This document shows positions 21,630 through 32,184 of a DNA stretch of 64,000 nucleotides, piece by piece. Both the position numbers and the translations under genes were made by a program. The notes beneath the pieces are model-generated. The model saw nothing but the letters and a program-made list of their open reading frames with translations, was not told the DNA's origin and ran no database searches. The stretch is from Longimicrobiales bacterium (GTDB lineage Bacteria; Gemmatimonadota; Gemmatimonadetes; Longimicrobiales; Gaopeijiaceae). The first letter of the stretch is position 1. Every line of letters begins with the position of its first letter. The stretch covers positions 1,664,001 through 1,728,000 of the forward strand of contig OZ250165.1 of assembly GCA_965238005.1 (NCBI GenBank), given 5' to 3'.

Positions 21630-22464
21630 CGCTGAAGTCCCGCTCGATGAGATCCGGCGCGGGACGGGCGTCCTCGTTGCGCCTGGTCGTCTTCGGGCCG
21701 CGCCGCCTCCGGCTAGCTCCCACAATCTCGGCCTGCTTCATGAGCCGGCCCACCCGCTTCTCACCGACCCGCTCGCCAGCTTCCTTGAGGTCCGCGTAGA
21801 TGCGGGGCCGGCCATAGACCCTTCGGTTCTCGCGCCAGACCGTCTCGATCCGCTCTGTGAGCTCCTCATCTCGCTTCGCCCGAGCCGAAGGCTCGCGATC
21901 CAACCAGGCGTAGTAGCCGCTGGGGGAGAGATCCAGCACACGGCACATCGCCCGCACAGGGAAGTCGGCCTGATTCGTCTTCATGAACTCGAACCCCGTT
22001 CCGGGATCGAGTTGCTCTCCCGAGCAAACCAGGCGGCGGCTTTTTTTAGAATCTCCTGCTCCATGCGCAGACGCTTGTTGTCACGCCGAAGCTGCCTGAG
22101 TTCCCCACGCTCCTCCGTCGTCAGCCCGTCACTGCGACGGCCTTCATCCAAGTCAGCTTGTTTGACCCAGTTCCGTATCGCCCCGTTTGAGGGCTCGAAC
22201 TCCCGGGCCAGCTCCTCCACGGAGCGGCCCGACCTGACCAACTCGACCATCTGCCGCCGAAACTCCGGCGGGTACGGCGCATGTGTTCTTGGCATCGTGG
22301 ACTCCTCCTGTCTCCCTCACTACTGAGGTGTCCACCAAAGCGGGTCAACTCCAGTTTTGGAGATCCGGCAGAGGAATCAGGCTGAGAAGATTCATGCCGC
22401 TGAAGCATGAGGCCGTGAGTTCGACTCTAGTCGCTGTCAGCATCGGCAGCGGCGAGTACTCCTT

Positions 22465-22745
22465 CAGATCAGCAAGCCGATAACGGCCCTCTAAGCCACG
22501 AGAACGCTCTGGCCTACCTCGAAACCCGAAGAAGCCCGAAGACGCTTAGAACGTGTTTGCAAGCGTCTGACAGGGTTCTGCTTGCGCCTCCCGGCCCACT
22601 TTCAGATGTTGACCACGGCTGATCCCGGAGTGCGCCCGTGTCCGATCCAGTCGCCCGCCTGAACGCAGCCCTGGAGGGCCGCTACGCCATCGAGCGTGAG
22701 CTGGGCGAAGGCGGGATGGCGACGGTCTACGTGGCCGACGACCTG
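22465..22745 (+). pseudogene. Kinase 5' stub (upstream region plus MSDPVARLNAALEGRYAIERELGEGGMATVYVADDL)
   Basis: Aligns with 13827-14092. Confidence 0.85.
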
Positions 22746-22855
22746 CTCCGTTGGGAGGCACGGTTGCATGGGCGCGGGCGTATGGCGTGTAGGACCACTC
22801 CTAGGAGGAAACTGAAGAGGACGGCTCACCCGCAAAGGAGTAGCCACCGAGCAGA

Positions 22856-22948
22856 ATGATCTACAACTTCACCGATGGCGTTCGAAAGGTGTTGGCCACG
22901 GCCCGTGAAGAAGCCATCCGCCGCCAACGTGACTACATAGGCGGCTGA
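22856..22948 (+). pseudogene. ClpC-like Clp N-terminal domain fragment
   Basis: MIYNFTDGVRKVLATAREEAIRRQRDYIG resembles the ClpC N-terminus. Confidence 0.7.
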
Positions 22949-25465
22949 TAGGGATGAACCCGAGGACGACGTGCACCGGGGGCGCACGGGATAGCCGACT
23001 GCCCTGTGGATTACTCGGAGAACATGAAGCTGACCGAGAAGCTGGGGAATCTGGTGTGTCCGATATGAGGGGGTCCGCTCTATCCCTGCGGTCTGAGGAA
23101 TTCCTCAGCGAACGGCGGATAGTCCCTCAGCGACTCGAACCGGCGCCACGATACATACGGGTCGTGCCCTTTGGTGGGCCTATATCCAGTTTCACGCAAT
23201 AGCTCCATCGCTCGCTCCCGCTCGCCTAGAGCCGCCTCAATCCAAGCGCGAACAACGAGGTTGTTCGACCAACCGGTTACGCCGACCGCCCTGTAGGCTT
23301 GGTCACGCTGGCCCTGGCTTGCCAACACATACGCCAGCTCCAATGCAGCGTTGTTATGCTCGCTGCTTGGAAAAGGAACGGCCTTCAGTACGTCTTCCAG
23401 GATTGCCTGGGACTCGTCCCAACGTCCGGCTTGACTGAGCAACGTCGCATATACGTAGGACTGGCCGGGATCCTGTCTCCAATCGGAGGTCCTGCCTTCA
23501 AACCATTCCAGGGTATTGTCCGCCAAGTTTGAGGCTGCCGCCGGATCTCCGTGGACGCGAAGCTCCTCGAAAGCCCTACGCGGGATCCCGTTCACAAAGA
23601 GGTTGGTGGGGGAACGTTGGATTTCCTCTGGAATACGGGCGGCCAGTTCCTCGATGCGCCCCAACGCAGCCAAGGTACGGAACTCAACCATTTTCGTCCT
23701 ATATGATTCGGGGTGCAGCTGACGCATGCGGTCGAGGGCCTCGAGCTCCGCCTCGTAGTTGTCGATCTGGTGATAAGCCCGGGTCAGTCTAACCCAATAG
23801 CGAACCCGCTTGCGCAACCATCGGCCTTCAGGATCGGCCCGCGTCAAGAACTCGATTCCCTCTTCGGGGCGGTTGAGCTGGAGCGCAGCATATCCGGCCC
23901 ACAAGAGGAACTGAGAACCGGGAGCGATTTCCACAAACCGACGCATGGCCTCCAGAGCGCCCTGTACATTACGGAGGCCCTTGTGATCACGGCGATAAAA
24001 GGCCAGCTGATAATCCAGGAATAGACGCTCCAGATGGGCCAGTTGAGCACGCCGCCCATTGAGCGCCTGGCGTATGGAATCTCCCGAGTATCCGTATCCG
24101 AAGGCGGCCCAAAGCAACGCCATCGGGAAGTCGGGATCCAGGGCCGCCGCCCGCAGGAAATACGGAACCGCCTCCCCCGTTTTCAGATTCGAGTGGAGCT
24201 CGATTCCCTCGACAAACTCCGCATACGCTTCGAGCGTCGGCGGTTGGCTGGCATTGCGCATCCACTTGGCCAGCCGGGGATCGGTGAGGGTGGCCAGGGC
24301 GGTCATCACCCTGTTGCGTAGGCGCTCGAGGGCGGCAAGGGGAGCATCGACCGGCCCGCGTACCGAATCGATGGTCGCCAGCTCCTCACCCGTGGCGGCG
24401 TTGGTCACGTGTGCGAGGAAGTGCAGACTATCGTCCCGCAACTCGTAGCTGCCCCACACCACCGTCCCCGTCCGATTGGCCCGAGCGAGGGCCTGCAGGT
24501 CGACATGCTCCAGCGAAAAACTCGTGCCTGCACCCACGGGCTCGAGCGACAGCAGCCGCGTGCCGAGGCTGACGACGTCTACGAAGTAGGTATTGGTGAG
24601 GCCCGCCGTGATCAGGTCCGTGGCCATGCGCCCCAAAGCATCGAACGAAGGATCACCGGTTTCATTCTGGAAGATGTCCACCAGGACGCGGGTGGGATCG
24701 AGCGCCGGCGCGTCGCCTCGGCCATTGCTCATGACGCTTGCACCGACCGCCGCGATGGCACCCAGCACCACGATCGCAGCGGCCGCACGCACACGAGTGC
24801 GCCAGGAAGCGCGTGGTTGGGTCGTGATACTCGCGAGCGCCGCGTCGACCGGTTGTTTCGTGAGCGGAGCACTCGGTAGCACGGCTGCGTTCGCCTCCTC
24901 CCTAGCCCGCACCGATTCGATCAGTGCCGTCGTCTCCGGCGCCGGTTCCGCCTCGTAATCCTCGTGTAGCCGCTAAAGCTTGGCGAACGCCTCGTATTCC
25001 CGGATCGCCCCGGCGCGATCACCCAGGCGGTCCAGAAGGTCGATGACACGGCGCAACACGCCCTCGTCGTCGGGAGAAAACGCCAGGGCTCGCCGGCCCC
25101 ACTGCGTCGCCTGCGCCGTCCGTCCCTCGGCTAGGGCTTGCAGAGCGAGTGACCACGTGGCCTCCGCCGCCCGCTGCTCTAATCGCCGCCGCTCATCCTC
25201 CAACCAGCGCTCGAACTCGAGACACCCCGAGAGATGAAAGCCGTCCAACAGTGCGCCGCGATAGAGGGCTAGGAGTCTGCGCCGCAGAAGCACAGCTGAC
25301 TGAGCCGAATGGTCATCGAGCCGTCCGCGGCGAGGCGGATCCGGGTGATTGGGAGGTTGAGGACTTGTGTCTGCGACGGATCGGGAGAGCGGAATGGATG
25401 CGTTGGGGGGGCAAGAGAGCTACGAGAGCCCTCGCGCCGGCAGATGCGGGTGAACCCTCGTGCAG

Positions 25466-26788
25466 TCATGCCGCCTGAAGGGTGTGCAGCCGCTTCACAT
25501 TGAGTGCCAGGCACACGAGGGTCCACTCGGCCCGGACCTTCTCGAGGCCCCGGAAGCTGAATCGTCGAAAGCCCATCACTTCCTTGATCCAGCCGATGGG
25601 CGCCTCGGCCTGCGACTTTCGCCGTGCGTAGCGTCTGCGGCCATCTTCGCTCGCCAGCTTCTCCGCCATGCGGACTTTCGCCGGATATTCCTCCTTGTCA
25701 ACCGTGGGGGCGGCCTTGCCCTCCCGGGCCAGCGCCACATACCCGTCGATGTCTCGCTCTTCCAGTTCCTCGAGATCCCGCTCGTTGCAATAGCCCGTGT
25801 CCGCCAGCACCTGCGCCGGCGTCTCGCCGTACGCTTGCGCCACCGCGTCGACCATGGGCACCAGCTGGCCCTGGTCGCTCGCGTTGTCCGTCACCTCGGC
25901 CCCGACCACCAGCTGGTTCTCCCCCTCCACGACCGTCTGTGCGTTGTAGCACTGCTGGAACCCCTCCGAACTCGTCTTCATGATCCGGCTCTCAGGGTCC
26001 GTGAAGTTGCTCTGCGCCGCCTCGTCCGGCTCTCCGTACTCCCGCTTGTAGGGCCTGCCGCCCTTCGGGTTGCGCGTCTGCCCCGGCTTGCGGCCCCGTG
26101 CGTCGTCCGCCGCTCTCTGCTCGGCTTCCAGGCGCGCCTTCGCCTCCCGGATCGCCGCCAGCCGGTCCTCGCGCCGCTTGAGCTCCTCCGGCACCTCGTC
26201 TCCGCATGCTTCCTCGCCGTAGCGCTCGTCTTCCGCTTCGTCCACCGCCTCGGCCCTCTCCAACAGCCCCCGGATCTCCGCCTCCAGCCGAGGCTCCCCG
26301 GTCACCATCCGGCCGTAGCTCATCGCCTTGCGCTTGTTCGCGTTCGCCCGAACCTTCGTCCCGTCCACCGACACCCTGCCAAGCCCCGCCAGCCCCAAGG
26401 CCCGCGCGAGCATCACCACCTCCACAAACACCGCCCGGAAATCCCCGAGATGGCGCTTGCGGAACTCGCACAGCGTCCGGTGCTTCGGGAAGTTCTCCGC
26501 CGCCAGCATCCGAAACGCGACATCCTCCTCCAGCTTCCTCGCCATCTTCCGCGACGAGAAGGTGCCCGTCGCATACGCGTAGATCAGCACCTTGACCATC
26601 ATCCGAGGGTCGTACGGCGAGTTGCGCCGCCCGTCCCCCCGGTACCGCCCGTAGAACGCGCTCAGCTCCACCGCGTCCACCAGGTCGCTCACATGGTGCG
26701 CCAAATGACCCTCCGACACCCACTCCCGAAGATCCGGAGGCAGCAACAACATCTGCTCCGGATCGTACGGTCGAAATGTCGTTCCCAT
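25466..26788 (-). CDS. IS1182-family transposase
   Basis: Protein identical to 10738-12060. Confidence 0.95.
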   Translation of the reverse strand: MGTTFRPYDPEQMLLLPPDLREWVSEGHLAHHVSDLVDAVELSAFYGRYRGDGRRNSPYDPRMMVKVLIYAYATGTFSSRKMARKLEEDVAFRMLAAENFPKHRTLCEFRKRHLGDFRAVFVEVVMLARALGLAGLGRVSVDGTKVRANANKRKAMSYGRMVTGEPRLEAEIRGLLERAEAVDEAEDERYGEEACGDEVPEELKRREDRLAAIREAKARLEAEQRAADDARGRKPGQTRNPKGGRPYKREYGEPDEAAQSNFTDPESRIMKTSSEGFQQCYNAQTVVEGENQLVVGAEVTDNASDQGQLVPMVDAVAQAYGETPAQVLADTGYCNERDLEELEERDIDGYVALAREGKAAPTVDKEEYPAKVRMAEKLASEDGRRRYARRKSQAEAPIGWIKEVMGFRRFSFRGLEKVRAEWTLVCLALNVKRLHTLQAA

Positions 26789-27034
26789 TCACCCCCCTCG
26801 GTGATCCGCAAGCCTTCCCAATGCCTTCGCTACCACCAAAGATAGCCGCCGCAGAAGCACAGCTGACTGAGCCGAATGGTCATCGAGCCGTCCGCGGCGA
26901 GGCGGATCCGGGTGATTGGGAGGTTGAGGACTTGTGTCTGCGACGGATCGGGAGAGCGGAATGGATGCGTTGGGGGGGGGCAAGAGAGCTACGAGAGCCC
27001 TCGCGCCGGCAGATGCGGGTGAACCCTCGTGCAG

Positions 27035-28357
27035 TCATGCCGCCTGAAGGGTGTGCAGCCGCTTCACATTGAGTGCCAGGCACACGAGGGTCCACTCGGC
27101 CCGGACCTTCTCGAGGCCCCGGAAGCTGAATCGTCGAAAGCCCATCACTTCCTTGATCCAGCCGATGGGCGCCTCGGCCTGCGACTTTCGCCGTGCGTAG
27201 CGTCTGCGGCCATCTTCGCTCGCCAGCTTCTCCGCCATGCGGACTTTCGCCGGATATTCCTCCTTGTCAACCGTGGGGGCGGCCTTGCCCTCCCGGGCCA
27301 GCGCCACATACCCGTCGATGTCTCGCTCTTCCAGTTCCTCGAGATCCCGCTCGTTGCAATAGCCCGTGTCCGCCAGCACCTGCGCCGGCGTCTCGCCGTA
27401 CGCTTGCGCCACCGCGTCGACCATGGGCACCAGCTGGCCCTGGTCGCTCGCGTTGTCCGTCACCTCGGCCCCGACCACCAGCTGGTTCTCCCCCTCCACG
27501 ACCGTCTGTGCGTTGTAGCACTGCTGGAACCCCTCCGAACTCGTCTTCATGATCCGGCTCTCAGGGTCCGTGAAGTTGCTCTGCGCCGCCTCGTCCGGCT
27601 CTCCGTACTCCCGCTTGTAGGGCCTGCCGCCCTTCGGGTTGCGCGTCTGCCCCGGCTTGCGGCCCCGTGCGTCGTCCGCCGCTCTCTGCTCGGCTTCCAG
27701 GCGCGCCTTCGCCTCCCGGATCGCCGCCAGCCGGTCCTCGCGCCGCTTGAGCTCCTCCGGCACCTCGTCTCCGCATGCTTCCTCGCCGTAGCGCTCGTCT
27801 TCCGCTTCGTCCACCGCCTCGGCCCTCTCCAACAGCCCCCGGATCTCCGCCTCCAGCCGAGGCTCCCCGGTCACCATCCGGCCGTAGCTCATCGCCTTGC
27901 GCTTGTTCGCGTTCGCCCGAACCTTCGTCCCGTCCACCGACACCCTGCCAAGCCCCGCCAGCCCCAAGGCCCGCGCGAGCATCACCACCTCCACAAACAC
28001 CGCCCGGAAATCCCCGAGATGGCGCTTGCGGAACTCGCACAGCGTCCGGTGCTTCGGGAAGTTCTCCGCCGCCAGCATCCGAAACGCGACATCCTCCTCC
28101 AGCTTCCTCGCCATCTTCCGCGACGAGAAGGTGCCCGTCGCATACGCGTAGATCAGCACCTTGACCATCATCCGAGGGTCGTACGGCGAGTTGCGCCGCC
28201 CGTCCCCCCGGTACCGCCCGTAGAACGCGCTCAGCTCCACCGCGTCCACCAGGTCGCTCACATGGTGCGCCAAATGACCCTCCGACACCCACTCCCGAAG
28301 ATCCGGAGGCAGCAACAACATCTGCTCCGGATCGTACGGTCGAAATGTCGTTCCCAT
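27035..28357 (-). CDS. IS1182-family transposase
   Basis: Protein identical to 10738-12060. Confidence 0.95.
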   Translation of the reverse strand: MGTTFRPYDPEQMLLLPPDLREWVSEGHLAHHVSDLVDAVELSAFYGRYRGDGRRNSPYDPRMMVKVLIYAYATGTFSSRKMARKLEEDVAFRMLAAENFPKHRTLCEFRKRHLGDFRAVFVEVVMLARALGLAGLGRVSVDGTKVRANANKRKAMSYGRMVTGEPRLEAEIRGLLERAEAVDEAEDERYGEEACGDEVPEELKRREDRLAAIREAKARLEAEQRAADDARGRKPGQTRNPKGGRPYKREYGEPDEAAQSNFTDPESRIMKTSSEGFQQCYNAQTVVEGENQLVVGAEVTDNASDQGQLVPMVDAVAQAYGETPAQVLADTGYCNERDLEELEERDIDGYVALAREGKAAPTVDKEEYPAKVRMAEKLASEDGRRRYARRKSQAEAPIGWIKEVMGFRRFSFRGLEKVRAEWTLVCLALNVKRLHTLQAA

Positions 28358-29154
28358 TCACCCCCCTCGGTGATCCGCAAGCCTTCCCAATGCCTTCGCT
28401 ACCACCAAAGATAGCCGCCGCAGGGTTCTGCGGCGCAGACTCCTAGCGCCTCTTCCTCTTTTCCGCCGTCCAGCAGCAGCTCGAACGCCACGGCGTCGCA
28501 CCACACCATGGCTTCATCGAGCGCGATACGGTTGCCGCTGCCGGTCGCGAAGACGTCGTCCCCGAGATCACGTCGCAGCGATCGAAGGAGCTGGTTCAGG
28601 GCGTCGCGTGCGTGCCGCTCGTCCGACTCGGGCCAGAGGAGCGCGATCAGCGTATCACGCGAGTGTGGGCCGCTCGACTGCGAGATAGGTGAGGAGCGCG
28701 TTCCGCTTGACGTGTGCCAGCGCGATCGCCGAGTCAGAACCGGCATCCTTCCGGACCGCGAGTCCACCGAGCGTGAACAGTCGAATCATTCGTGGGCACC
28801 TCGAATCGGCTCGAGTGCGACACACGAGCCCGCGCACCTGAATAATGCGCTCCCGACAGTCTTTCCCCGTAGCCTACACCCTCGGTGGAAAGAATGCCCA
28901 CTCGGGAAGCAACCACGCAAGTAACGCGGGGCGGACGGGAGGGCGAGAGATGGTCACGAATCACCGGAGAATCACCGGGGAATCAGTAGTCTCGTTCATA
29001 TTGCCTTCCATGTCAGACGCGACCTCGGTCCAGATCGAGGTGCCTGGGCCCAATTCGATCACCGACCCGGGCACACCAAGGGTCGGAGGCGGCGAAACGG
29101 CCATCGTGGCTGAGCTCACCGACTTGTCGCGACACTCGAACGATGGAGGAACGC

Positions 29155-29905
29155 ATGAAGTCTAATCTCACGAAGGTATCGGTCGCCCTCTTGTCCGCGG
29201 CGTTCCTGCTCAGCTGTCAGGAGCAGGGATCGGAGCCGGTGGGGCCGGATGGTCTGGAGATTCAGGCCATGAAGGGAGGCAACGGAAAGGGAGGCAAGGG
29301 AAAGGGAGGCGGCGGTGGCACTACAGCGGCCAGGTTGGACCTAGCAGGCGGCATGCAGGCCCACGGCCCTTCCCGTGGGCGTGAAGGACACCGACACGAG
29401 GCTCACCGTCAACAACGGCGACTTCACGCACGACATCCAGATGAAGTTCATGAAGCCGGACTCAGCAGACTATCAAGTCGGCGATTGCACAGTGATTGCG
29501 GGGGACAACGGGAGCCGTGGCCTCCCCCTCGATAAAGGGGTCTACGGTAATCTCCTGGATGAGCTCACAGCGCCGGTGGACGGCGGGTTCTTCACAATGG
29601 AGTTCCTCAAGAGGAACCTGGGCTTGCCTTCCGGCGATCACCTGCTTCTCGTCGAACGAGACGGCACATTCGAAAGCGGCACACATGGGAACACCCGGAT
29701 CATGCTCGGCCCCACTGATGATGAGGTTGGGGTCGGGCCCGGCACCGTAACGGGCGGGCCCGACACGTTCGTGTTCACCGGCCCGGTCTGGGTGTGGGCA
29801 CACGGAGTGGGCGGCGGCGGCGGCAAAAGGAGCGACCGCATAATAGCCTGTGGGGGGGCCGGCGACAACACGGTGACGGCGACCATCGACCGGTCTCCAG
29901 CTTAA
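29155..29905 (+). pseudogene. Gly-rich lipoprotein, frameshifted near 29360
   Basis: GGAGG RBS, LLSC lipobox, KGGNGKGGKG linker; continues in the 29375-29905 frame. Confidence 0.6.
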
Positions 29906-29932
29906 TCAAGAAGATCGGGTTTCCAAACCCCG

Positions 29933-29999
29933 ACCAGAGCCTGGTCCGACCAGGCTCTGGTTGACAGAGGGGCGGTTGCTTCGTGGGGCGCCCCTTTTC
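29933..29999 (+). terminator. 13-bp perfect hairpin followed by a probable intrinsic terminator
   Basis: ACCAGAGCCTGGT-CCG-ACCAGGCTCTGGT, then AGGGGCG...CGCCCCTTTT downstream of the 29905 stop. Confidence 0.55.
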
Positions 30000-30059
30000 A
30001 TCCTGGCCTCGGGCGTAGTGCCCCGAGCGCCCCAGCGCCGTTCGGGGCTTTCCGCCGAT

Positions 30060-30230
30060 AACTTCTTCGAGGAGTTGAAGGAGCGGGTGCCGAACTAGCG
30101 TATCAGTCCAGCCATCGCCCAACCTCAGCATCACCCATAGCTTGAGCGCATGGGCGTAGCTTCCTTCGGATTTGGCTCAGTTCAGCCGCAGACTCGCACC
30201 GCTCGCCTCACGATCCGCTGCGAGTATCCA
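30060..30230 (+). repeat. Kinase 3' stub (NFFEELKERVPN*) plus 3'-flank repeat
   Basis: Matches 16706-16744 and 16822-16912. Confidence 0.85.
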
Positions 30231-30607
30231 GGCACGCTCATGCCACCCACCGAGTCCGATGCTCACCTTCGTGCAGTTGCATGGATTGGGCACGGAGCAG
30301 ATCACCCTCCACGTGGATCGGCTCGATGAGGCGCTAATGGACGACGGCGCGTTAGAGGGACTCTATGTGCAGTCACGGAACGAGCGTAAGACCTCGCTAG
30401 CCTGGCGGAGGTGACTGTCAGCGGTCCATGACTTAAGCGAGCCGCCCAAGCATCGTTCGATCTAAGAATTCTTCAACGACCATGCGTTATCCATTCATTA
30501 CGTTGGCCCTTGCAAATTGTCGGGGTTTTCAGTCTTGAGCCGGGACGCCAAGAACAACCCACGGTTGATGGCCATCGCTGACGGTCCGCTTTGCTCATCT
30601 CCTGAAG

Positions 30608-30952
30608 GTGTGTCCCGATTGTGTCCCGGAGGGCGGCGATGGCCAGAACACGGAGGTTAAGGTGAAGGAGATCAAGGACAAGCTCAGCCCGGAAGAGCAG
30701 GCACTAGCGACGGCAGCCAACACGCCCAACACAGGCCAAGGGATTGAGGCCCGCGTCGTGACGGACCTTTGGGTTTCCCACCGGCTGCGAGAGATGACCG
30801 ACCAGATGATTCAATCGAATGAGAAGCTGGCCGGTGCCAATGATAAGCACACCGAGGCGCTGGTGAGGGCCACCAACTGGCTGGCGGTCCTGACTGGGCT
30901 TCTCGTGCTTGTGACGTTGGCCCAGTTCCTGCCCCTACTCCCCTGGCCATAA
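30608..30952 (+). CDS. Hypothetical protein with C-terminal TM helix
   Basis: Coiled-coil followed by hydrophobic WLAVLTGLLVLVTLAQF. Confidence 0.5.
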   Translation: MCPDCVPEGGDGQNTEVKVKEIKDKLSPEEQALATAANTPNTGQGIEARVVTDLWVSHRLREMTDQMIQSNEKLAGANDKHTEALVRATNWLAVLTGLLVLVTLAQFLPLLPWP

Positions 30953-31155
30953 TGGGGAAGTAACCGGTTTCATCTTGGGACCGGTTTTGGGTCGCCCGTC
31001 CCGTCGTTATCTTCCCCACATGACCATGTTCTCGGTATTCACGGCTGAGGGTTATAGCGGAGTGGTGAGTGTACCCCATGAGCACCCCAGGCAGGAAAAA
31101 TGCCCGAAGAAACGGAGGTTCTGAAGACATCTAAAATCTTGCTAGACAACCACTT

Positions 31156-31229
<74 letters not shown>

Positions 31230-31644
31230 CTTGTAAGAGAGTAAAGGACAAAGAGTTACGAGGTAGGGCGAGAATCCTCTGGTGAGAGGACTTCAGGTGC
31301 GTGCGCCGTGCGTGCGCGGCCGAGAGTGATTCGGGGTGACTCGTATGACTCACTGGGCCACTCTCCCCGCGGCGAATGGCACGCTCGTGGTCACGCAGCG
31401 ATAGATCACGAGACGTCAGAAAACACCCTGGGGGACACATGCCCAACGAGAGTACGGAAGCTCTTATCGAGGCGGTAGGGGCACCTGCAGCGGCTCGGGT
31501 CCATGCGGACATGGCGGCCCTCGAACACATCCTCCCACTGGAGACCATCCGGCGCGAGTACCTGGAACCCATTCTCCGGTGAGAGGCAAGTCAAGGCAGA
31601 GCGGGCTGGGCGCACGGAGGTGAGCCGGTCGTGGAATGGGACCA

Positions 31645-32006
31645 TCGATGCGGTCGGTCTTGAGGCGTCGTCGTCGTCGGTTGACCTCGATGGATGCGGA
31701 GTCGACGACGAGGTTGAAGCAGGCTGGCTGGGCCTCGAGGAAGCGATGGATCCAGAAGCCATCGCGGCCGGCCTCGTAGCACGAGATGAGAGGCGCGGAG
31801 TCGGGGAGGCGGAAGCGAATGCGAGCGAGAACGATCTCCCGGATCAGGGCGTCGAGGTCTCGGGCCGGAACGTTGTGGAGGCGGGGCTGCTGGCCGTGGC
31901 CGGTGGAGAAGGCCAGTTTCCAGGAGCGGGTGGAGAGTTCGAGCGCGAGATAGAGTGCGGGTGGCTCCGGCAGCGTGGGATCAGTGAAGCGGGTCGTCGC
32001 GGACAT
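31645..32006 (-). pseudogene. IS110-family transposase N-terminal (DEDD) fragment
   Basis: LALELS..SWKLAF, CYEAGRDGFWIHR, KTDRID; truncated thereafter. Confidence 0.85.
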
Positions 32007-32184
32007 GATGCACCTGTTTCGGGCTTTATTCGGTATCCTGGGTAGGCTGGGGCGTTCTCGTGGTTTAGAGGGGCGCTAATGGCTTGCTGATCTGTAAGCG
32101 ACTACAGCAGCACCATACGCCATCTCGCGCACCTCCCTTGGGTTGGTTAGTCTATCTCAGGTTCACTCGAAAGGAGCGTGAAAC

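Larger units (their letters stand above)
19625..22353 (-). mobile_element. IS3-family element, copy 2, interrupted by IS256
   Basis: Same sequence as 6823-8167; 3-bp TSD GTT; orfA 21981-22295 intact, orfB split. Confidence 0.96.
19361..22459. repeat. ~370-bp non-coding duplicated element, copy B, split by IS3
   Basis: Removing 19625-22356 restores GGATATTGTTTTGGAGATCC as in copy A. Confidence 0.9.
25273..28442 (-). mobile_element. Head-to-tail IS1182 dimer (copies 2 and 3) with fused internal junction
   Basis: Single CTAG duplication at 25269 and 28443; junction GATAGC-CGCCGCAG-AAGCAC at ~26841-26860. Confidence 0.95.
23080..28789 (-). pseudogene. SARP/BTAD transcriptional-activator domain plus TM plus TolB-like/TPR protein, disrupted
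   Basis: MIRLFTLGGL...; frameshift ~28670; RDTLIALLWPESD; IS1182 dimer at 25273-28442; LYRG.LLDGF..FERWL; in-frame TAG at 24973; C-terminal part 24912-23080. Confidence 0.85.

Noticed and set aside
1596..30230. Integron cassette array
   Set aside because: No IntI and no consistent RYYYAAC...GTTRRRY attC sites; the recurring boundaries are kinase-gene ends.
32007..32184. IS110 bridge-RNA region
   Set aside because: The transposase is only an N-terminal fragment, and element ends or RNA structure cannot be supported by eye.
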